Positions 55,466 through 64,000 of a DNA stretch of 64,000 nucleotides are shown in pieces (positions within the stretch are counted from its first letter, which is position 1; every line of letters starts with the position of its first letter). The position numbers were made by a program, and so were the translations under genes. A model generated the notes under the pieces. The model did no database searches. It saw nothing but the letters and a program-made list of their open reading frames with translations, and was not told the origin of the DNA. Source of the DNA: Octopus vulgaris (Eukaryota); contig OX597818.1 in assembly GCA_951406725.2 (NCBI GenBank), positions 96,224,001 to 96,288,000 of the forward strand. The letters are read 5' to 3'.

Positions 55466-56345
55466 CGAGGTCTGATCAATAAGTATCCGAAGTGTTGCCA
55501 TAGTAATGAAGCTAAAATACGCAGAGTAAAGCCGCTTGGCAAAGATTGATCTTGGACTCTGCTGTGCATGTGCATTAAGTTTTAACGTTCTACCTCACAG
55601 CAATGCTTCGAAGAAAGGTATGTAGCGTGTGATCGTCGCATTGACCATGACAGAGAAAGTTGTCATGGCCATATCTGCTTAGAGGCCTGCACAAAGTTGC
55701 AGAAAGTGTATGGAGAGGAGTGTATGAGCCGCACACAAGTGCACGAGTAGGTCAGACGTTTCCAAGATGGCCGAAAAAAAAATGTCGATATTGACGAACG
55801 TTCTGGGAGACGCACAACCAGCAGAACTGAGAAAAATATCGTAGGTGTGCGTGCAGCTGTGAATGAAAATTGTTGAATCACCATCTGCGAGTTATCAGAG
55901 CAGCTTAGTTACGGTTCAGTTCAGCCCATCATCACTGAAGATTTGGGTATGAGACGCGTGCCTGCCAAGTTTGTGCCAAAACTGCTTTCAACTGACCAAA
56001 AAAGACACCCAGCTTTCAGATGCGCAAGATCACCTAGATTGTATGGGGAAGGATAAAAACTTTTTGAAAACTTTGCGTAGGCCTCTGAGCAGGTATCGCC
56101 AAGCTTTTGGCAAAATTTGATGCAGACTCTCTGCTCAACTTTCTCTGTCATGGTCAATGCGACAATCACACAATACACGCGTTCTTTCCAAGCACTGCTG
56201 TAAACAGCGGAAGTAAGCTAGAACGTTAAAAGTTAGTGCGCACACACAGCAGAGTTCAAGGTTAGTCTGTGTCAAGCAGCTTTACTCCGCGTGCTTTAGC
56301 TTCGTAACTATGGAAACAGTCCGGATATTTATTGATCAGGCCGCG
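55466..56345. mobile_element. Mariner derivative made of two inverted 5' ends
   Basis: cgaggtctgatcaataa / ttattgatcaggccgcg termini. Both strands start MTEKV. The plus strand continues VYGEECMSRTQV..RFQDGR..ERSGR..AKFVPKLLS and the minus strand continues EQRVCIKFCQKLG. Confidence 0.85.
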
Positions 56346-56381
56346 TATGTGTGTTTATATATATATATATATATGAGAGTG

Positions 56382-56441
<60 letters not shown>

Positions 56442-56537
56442 CATGCATGCATGCGGGAGATTATAGTTATGTAAATCAAGAGTAATCCATTATGGTCTGC
56501 TTTGTGGATTTTTAACCCTCCGATGTATTCTTCCTTA

Positions 56538-56757
56538 TATTTCTTTACTACCCACAAGGGGCTACACACAGAGGGAACAAACAAGGACAGATAAACGGAT
56601 TAAGTCGATTACATCGACCCCAGTGCGTAACTAGTACTTATTTAATCGATCCCGAAAGGATGAAAGGCAAAGAATTTGAACTCAGAACGTAGCGGCAGAC
56701 GAAATACTGCTAAGCATTTCGCCCGGTGTGCTAACATTTCTGCCAGCTCGCCGCCTT
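56538..56757 (-). mobile_element. SINE family B
   Basis: TSD atgYattcttcctta at 56523-56537 and 56758-56772. Confidence 0.9.
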
Positions 56758-57082
56758 ATGCATTCTTCCTTAACTATCTCTTTAACGTTGCAGTTCCTAC
56801 TTACTCTTGGTTGTACTTGATAGTTCTACTGAAGATACTGACACAGATTGTGGCCACCAAATAGTTATCTTTATCTCTAAATAATACTCCACTATTTCCA
56901 TCTGCTATGTTAGTATCACTACTACTACAACTCTCGCAACTACTGCATTACTACTGCGCAACAACCGTGAGAACAGTGGAGTTCTCACTGCTGCAGTCTA
57001 CGTTTGTGGATAGTGTTTCCAAGCTCTATTTATAATTGTCACTTACCTATTGCTACATCAGCCGACGTGGAAGTTCGTACAA

Positions 57083-57325
57083 TATATATTTCTTTACTAC
57101 CCACAAGGGGCTAAACACAGAGGGTACAAATAAGGACAGACAAACGGATTAAGTCGATTACATCGACCCCAGTGTGTAACTGGTACTTAATTTATCGACC
57201 CCGAACCGAAAGGATGAAAGACAAAGTCGACCTCGACGAAATTTGAACTCAGGACCGTAACGGCAGACGAAATACAGCAGCGCATTTCGCCCGGCGTGCA
57301 AACGTTTTTGCCAGCTCGCCGCCTT
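57083..57325 (-). mobile_element. SINE family B
   Basis: TSD aagttcgtacaa at 57071-57082 and 57326-57337. Confidence 0.9.
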
Positions 57326-58370
57326 AAGTTCGTACAACATAGTCCAACAAGCTAAGCGTAATACCCTTCAATCTTGAGAAATTGGCTAACAAACAAGTCC
57401 GGTAATTTTTTAGGCAAGGTCTATGAGCTTGTGAAATTTTCATGGTAGAGTACAGTGGTTTTTCGTGCCTTCCTGAGGGTACTTTTTAGAACACACCATC
57501 TTGCTTGCATAGTATAAGTAAGTTCACGGAACCTGTCTCTGCACTCAAAACCTAAAGAGTTGACGCAAATATGGGAAAGCATTTCATCCAAAGCTCTAAC
57601 AGTTCTGCAGTAAATACCGTATTTATTTTATAAAAGTTTTAAAGATAAAAGGCAATATTGGCGTCAGCGGAATTTGAACTCATAACGCAAGAAACAGACA
57701 AATACTGCAAATTCTGACATTTTAACGATTTTGGCAAGCCTCTACCCTTTGCCGCCTGTAACAATATTTTCTGATCTAAGCACAAGGCTAGCAATTTTGA
57801 AGAGGACGGAATTAGTCGATGATATTTACCTTAGTACTTGACTGGTACCTTATTTCATTGATCTTGAAAAGACGAAAAACAAAGTTTGCTCCAGCAGGAT
57901 TTGAACACAGATCATTAAAAGTCGGAATAAATACGTCAAAGTATTTTGTCCGACGCTCAAACGATTTTATTAATTCGCTGCCTACAAAAAAAAAAAAAAG
58001 GAAGGAAAAAACATACTACCGTCATAAAAATAGGAAGTAGACCCCCCCCCCACCAAACAATGGAGAATATTGTCCTTGGTATAAAAATCCTGAATATAAG
58101 ATGGAGGTCATAGCTTTAATGCTCTTGATTCAAAGTCTGCTCAGATAGGGCAACCCAGGGTTAAACAAAGACAATAATTTGTTGCTACCTGTATGTTACC
58201 ACTAACACTAACATTATTTCTACCACAGAGAATCACGGATTCTATAATTACATCATCTACTACAGATTGTAATGCTTATTGTAATGTTTCTGATTCTTTT
58301 TCCCCTACAAACACGATTGACACTATTTCGCTACTATCTCTTCTACCATTGATTACCAATACTACTTTCA

Positions 58371-58970
58371 AAGGCGGCGAGCTGGTAGAATCGTTAGCAC
58401 GTCGGGGAATAATGTTTAGCGATATTTCATCTGGCTTTACGTTCTGAGTTCAAATTCTGCTGAGGTCAACTTTGCATTTCATCCTTTCGGGGTCGATTAA
58501 AAAAGTACAAGTTACGCACTAGTGTCGATATAATCGACTTAATCAGTTTGTCTGTCCTTGTTTGTTCCCTCTGTGTTTAGCCCTTTGTGGGCAGTAAAGA
58601 AATAAGTATTTCGTCTTTCTTTACGCTTTGGGTTCAAATTCCGCCGCGGTCGACTTTGCCTTTTATCCTTTCGGGGTCGATACGTTACGCTCTGGGGTTT
58701 ATGTAATCGACTTAATCCCTTTGTCTGTCCTTGTTTGTCCCCTCTATGTTTAACTCCTTGTGGCCAATAAAGAAAAAGGAATCGTTAGCACGTTGGGGGA
58801 AAATGTTTAGCGGTATTTCATCTGTCCTCGTGTTCGGAGCTCAAATTTTGCTGAGGTCGACTTCACCTTTCATCCTTTCGGGATTGATAAAACAAGTAAC
58901 AATTGAACACTGGGCTTTATCAACTCAATCCCTCTCCTGAAATTGCTGGCCCTGTGCAAAAATTTCAAAC
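58371..58970 (+). mobile_element. SINE family B head-to-tail trimer
   Basis: Three successive core units; the second restarts at gtatttcg after the tail. Confidence 0.8.
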
Positions 58971-59336
58971 GAATGCAGCTGCTTTTAAACATCCTTTGAA
59001 CCCCAGCGACTACTGTTGGTGCTAGCACTGCAGCGGGTGTCACGACTCCATCACAGACATCGCTACCACCACCACCACTATTATTTCGGAACTTTTACCG
59101 TTGGTTTTCATACCATTACAGTCACAAATAATGCTATAATACAATAATGCGATCATCATTACCACAGGCATTGGCATTACTTTCCAACACTTGTACTATT
59201 CTGATTATCGTTGCATCCAGCACTATTCCTATTATAGCTCTTACAAAGTCTGCTACGATTGGCGCTACCGCTGCTGCAGTCACAGAATCACTCACACACA
59301 CACGCGTATATGTATATATATATATCGAAAGAGAGA

Positions 59337-59383
<47 letters not shown>

Positions 59384-59425
59384 AATGGGAAATACATTGA
59401 TATTTCCTGTTGTAACAATTATTAA

Positions 59426-59491
<66 letters not shown>

Positions 59492-59507
59492 CATTATTAT
59501 TGTTATT

Positions 59508-59905
59508 AAGGCGACGAACTGGCAGAAACGTTAGCACGCCGGGCGAAAAGACGTAGCCGTATTTCGTCTGCCGTTACGTTCTGAGTTCAAATTCCGCCGA
59601 GGTCGACTTTGTCTTTCATCCTTTCGGGCTCGATTAAATAAGTACCAGTTACGCACTGGGGTCGATATAATCGACTTAATCCGTTTGTCTGTCCTTGTTT
59701 GTCCTCTCTGTGTTTAGCCCCTTGTGGGTAGTAGAGAAATAGGTATTTCGCCCGTCGTTACGTTCTGAGTTCAAATTCCGCCAAGGTCAACTTTGCATTT
59801 CATCCTTTCGGGAGCGGTAAATTAAGCACCAGTCAAGTACTGGGGTCGATGTAATCGACTATCCCTCTCTCCACAAATTCAAGGCCTTATGCCTATAGTA
59901 GAAAA
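59508..59905 (+). mobile_element. SINE family B dimer in (ATT)n
   Basis: A full unit followed by a headless unit with an alternative tail; (ATT)n on both sides. Confidence 0.85.
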
Positions 59906-59916
59906 GATTATTATTA

Positions 59917-59982
<66 letters not shown>

Positions 59983-60686
59983 TTATCATTCCTGTCACAG
60001 CTGCCGCAGTCGTTGCTTCTACTTTTGCTGCTACAACAAATGCATGCACTAATATTTATTAGTACCGTTAGTACTGCAGTCACTTGTTATTGCTGCTGCA
60101 TTCATGGTTCTTTGCTAGTACACATGAAATTCTCTTTTCTCATGCAACTATTATCATCACTGCTGCTATCATTGCTTGCAATTTTGCTGTTACCACTGCG
60201 CTATATCGTTACTGTTGCACTCAACGTAACCGTTGCATCCACAGATGGAGTCACTGTTGCTCTTCTACAACTGCAGTCGCTGCTCTAGTCACTGTTGAGC
60301 TCATATCTGCATTGTAACTGCTGCTTTTGTATAGAAGGAGTCACTGCTGCTGTTGCTGATGTTGCTGCTGGTGCGGCTGCTGCTGTTCCTGCTCTTGCTG
60401 CTACCGGTGCTGTTAAAACTACAGTTACTGATGCTTCAATATGTGCATTCGCCAATGCAGTCACTACTGTACGTGATGCTATTATAGCTGTAAAACTCTA
60501 AGGCTGCCATAACTCGGATTACTACAACTTGCAGAAATCTTCAGTTGCATTTATCGCTGTTATATGTTTTATTGAGTGTGTGTGTGTGTGTGTGTGCGTA
60601 AGAGTGTGTGCATATATGTTTATATGTGTGTGTGCATATATATATGTATATGTGTGTATGTAATATATATATATATATATATATAT

Positions 60687-60857
60687 AGGTGCAGGAGTGG
60701 CTGTGTGGTAAGTAGCTTGCTTACCAACCACATGGTTCCGGGTTCACTCCCACTGCGTGCCATCTTAGGCAAGTGTCTTCTGCTATAGCCTCGGGCCGAC
60801 CAATACCTTGTGAGTGGATTTGGTAGACGGAAACTGAAAGAAGCCTGTCGTATATAT

Positions 60858-60893
<36 letters not shown>

Positions 60894-61107
60894 ATGTTTG
60901 TGTGTCTGACCCCCTAGCATTGCTTGACAACCGATGCTGGTGTGTTTACGTTCCCGTCACTTAGCGGTTCGGCAAAAGACACCGATAGAATAAGTACTGG
61001 GCTTGCAAAGAATAAGTCCCGGGGTCGATTTGCTCGACTAAAGGCGGTGCTCCAGCATGGCCGCAGTCAAATGACTGAAACAAGTAAAAGTGAAAAAGAG
61101 TAAAGAG
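60687..61107 (+). mobile_element. SINE family A, full copy, CpG-retaining
   Basis: Complete head, central (TA)n/(TG)n and tail. Confidence 0.9.
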
Positions 61108-61323
61108 TATATATATATATATAGGGAGAGTTTACGAAAAAAATAAGACGAAGACAGGTGGTGTACAAAACAAACAGATGTATTGTATATATATATATAT
61201 ATATATATATACATACATGCATACAGTAGTGTGGTAAAACGTTTGTTTCCAACCACATAGTTCAATGTTTAGTCCCACTTCATGGCACCTTGGGCAACTG
61301 TCTCCAACTTTAGCGACAGGCTG

Positions 61324-61361
<38 letters not shown>

Positions 61362-62319
61362 CATACGTGTGTATGTGTATGTCATACATACGTGTGTATG
61401 TGTGTTTGCTGGTATGTACGCTGCGCGTGCGCGCGCGTGTGTGTCTGCGCGTGTTGTGTGTACAGCAAACGCGAAAAAAGGTAAAAAAAAAAGACGTGAA
61501 AGTTACCCGGAGTTAATTGTTAAACAATCTTAAATTCAGTTAATAAGATTTTATCTGTTATAACATTATTCCCACTATCCTACGTTACCTCCTGCGAACC
61601 GCATCCGAAAACAAGCTTCCACCACCACCGACGCCACCATCACCATCACCAGCACCACCATCGAAACCGACGCCCCCACCAACGACGCCGTCGAAACCGC
61701 CCCCCACCGCTGCCGCTGCCACCAAGACCACCACCACTGCCAGCTTGTCGCCTATTAGTACCAGTGTTGGGGATCGGTGGGGGTGGGTTTAGTCAATACC
61801 ATCGATCCCGGAAAATTGTAAAAGCAAATTTGCTCTCGGCGGGATTTGAACTCAGAACGTAACAAACCGGAAGGAATACCGCAATGCACGTATTTCTCGG
61901 CGTTTGAATGACCCAGAAAATTCCCCCACCTTGTAAAATCGCTAATAATTGTTTCTGATTCAGGCACAAGTCTTTTGGTGGGATGGGGGAGAGCTAGTAG
62001 AGATTATCAACCTCAGTAGGTAACTGATACTTTAGTCGATCAATCCCAGGGGATAAAAGTAAAGATAACATGGGCGAGATTTAAACTCAAAAGGTAAAGA
62101 GCAGAAAGGACTACTACAGAGCAATTTTCCCATGCTCTAATGATTCGGCCAAGCCATTGCCCTAATAGTTATAATGATTTTCATAATGTTGTCAAAAGAC
62201 CAGCAATAGTAATTGTTAGTGGAGGGGGCTAGTCAATACGATCGAGCCCAGTATTTGGCTGGTACTTTAATTTATCGACGACGGAGGAATGAAAGGCAAG
62301 GTTGACCTTTGAAAGGCAA

Positions 62320-63435
62320 AGTACTTATTCTATCGGTCTCTTTTGCCGAACCGCTAAGTTACGAGGACGTAAACACACCAACATTGGTTGTCAAGCGATG
62401 TTGGGGGCGGGGGACAAACACAGACACACAAACATATACACACACATGCATATATATTCATATATATGACGGGCTTCTTTCAGTTTCCGTCTACCAAATC
62501 CACTCACAAGGCTTTGGTCGGCCCGAGGCTATAGTAGAAGACACTTACCCAAGGTGCCACGCAGTGCGACTGAATCTGGAACCATGTATTTCGTATAGAA
62601 GCTACTTACCACACAGTCACTCCTAGTCACAAGGCCTGTAATTTTACGGGAGAAGCTAGTTGATTACATAGGCTGGTACTTATTTCAACGACACCGAAAG
62701 CAATGAAAGCTAAAATAGGCCACAACAGAATTTAACTCAGAACGTTATGAGTCGGAAGAAATGCCGCTAAGCATTTTGTCTGGCGAGCTGTTTCTTATTT
62801 CTTTACTGCCTACAAGGGGCTACACACAGAGGGGACAAACAAGGACAGACAAACGGATTAAGTCGATTATACCGACCCAGTGCGTAACTGGTACTTATTT
62901 AATCGAACCCGAAAGGATGAAAGGCAAAGTCGACCTCGGTGGAATTTGAACTCAGAACGTAACGGCAGACGAAATACTGCGAAGCATTTCGCCCGGCGTG
63001 CTAACGTTTCTGCCAGCTCGCCGCTTTTAATCAGACCCTAACAGTCTTTCTAATTATAGACACAAGGCCTGAAACTTGGGAGGAGAGGTTAGTCGATTAA
63101 ATCGACCTCAGTGCTCCACTGGTACTTATTTTATCGACTCCCGAAAAACTAAGTGGACCCCAGCAGAATTTGAACTCAGCACATGAAGACATGAAATACC
63201 TATTTCTTTATTACCCACAAGGGGCTAAACATAGAGGGGACAAACAAGGACAGACATAGGTATTAAGTCGATTACATCGACCCCAGTGCGTAACTGGTAC
63301 TTAATTTATCGACCCCGAAAGGATGAAAGGCAAAGTCGACGACCTCAGCGGAATTTGAACTCACAACGTTGCGCCAGACGAAATACCGCTAAGCATTTAG
63401 CCCGGCGTGCTAACGTTTTTGCCAGCTCGCCGCCT
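62320..63435 (-). mobile_element. Cluster of family A (62320-62625) and family B (62795-63026, 63050-63435) SINEs
   Basis: Direct similarity to the other copies in the window. Confidence 0.85.
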
Positions 63436-63549
63436 ATATTCAGTTCCTAATGTTAAAATGACATAACCATTCTCATTGGAAGCAACATATATATAATGTC
63501 TGTTTACCCCAAACACAAATAAATGTATATATTGGCATGGAGACAGTGA

Positions 63550-64000
63550 ATAACAACACTGATATGAAATGTCATTTGTAAAATCCTCGATCCTTATTTA
63601 GAAGAGCATTTAGATTCACCTCAACAAGCAAAGCATTAGAGAAAGTAATCCACTAAATAAAATAAACACGTCGGGTATTTTAACAAACAGATAGACAAAG
63701 CCATAGAACAATATAGGAGAAAAATACACCGCAACAGATCACCAGAAACCACATTGATTAAGAGAAATGCTTAAACCACACATAATGCATGAATCAAATG
63801 CTTCATATATAGAGAATATGAACAGCATTACGAAAAATCTTGCTAGCATTATGATTCGCCTACACAAACGAAGCACTAAATAGAGACATCCACTGAATGA
63901 AACAAACGCTATTCAATGCCGTTATTGTTAGAAATTTATAGACTAAGTGATAAAACAATGTAAATACATTGCAACAGATCATTAGAAACCACAGTGATTT
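63550..64000. repeat. Degenerate ~240-bp tandem repeat running off the window
   Basis: gcaacagatca..agaaaccaca.tgatt at 63731 and 63971; atccact.aat.aaa near 63646 and 63887. Confidence 0.55.

Noticed and set aside
60013-60501. Hydrophobic and Ala/Thr-rich ORFs (also 59147-59425)
   Set aside because: Degenerate (NCT)n trinucleotide sequence with overlapping frames and no splice support.

Overview
Eukaryotic, repeat-saturated, AT-rich DNA. The SINE families and the (TA)n/(CA)n/(TACA)n/(TATC)n/(AAT)n load look like an Octopus genome; this is recognition from memory, not a database result. No intact protein-coding gene is identifiable, and nearly all listed ORFs are microsatellite or SINE read-throughs. 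The window holds several tRNA-derived SINE families, 3' remnants of R4/Dong-, RTE- and CR1-like LINEs and a decayed Gypsy element. DNA elements include a DD41D Tc1/mariner pseudogene, other mariner, pogo and piggyBac derivatives, and non-autonomous Helitrons. The most notable signal is five sequence-unrelated fold-back elements with one shared design: long inverted arms plus a one-sided tail, four of them abutting (TA)n. Three carry type I hammerhead ribozyme folds, one with a compensatory G3-C8 core. Further solo hammerheads also occur. The best explanation is a diverse non-autonomous Penelope-like/retrozyme-like population. A CpG-decayed domain at about 11.3-33.7 kb with several strong minus-strand splice acceptors suggests an unidentified host gene body.
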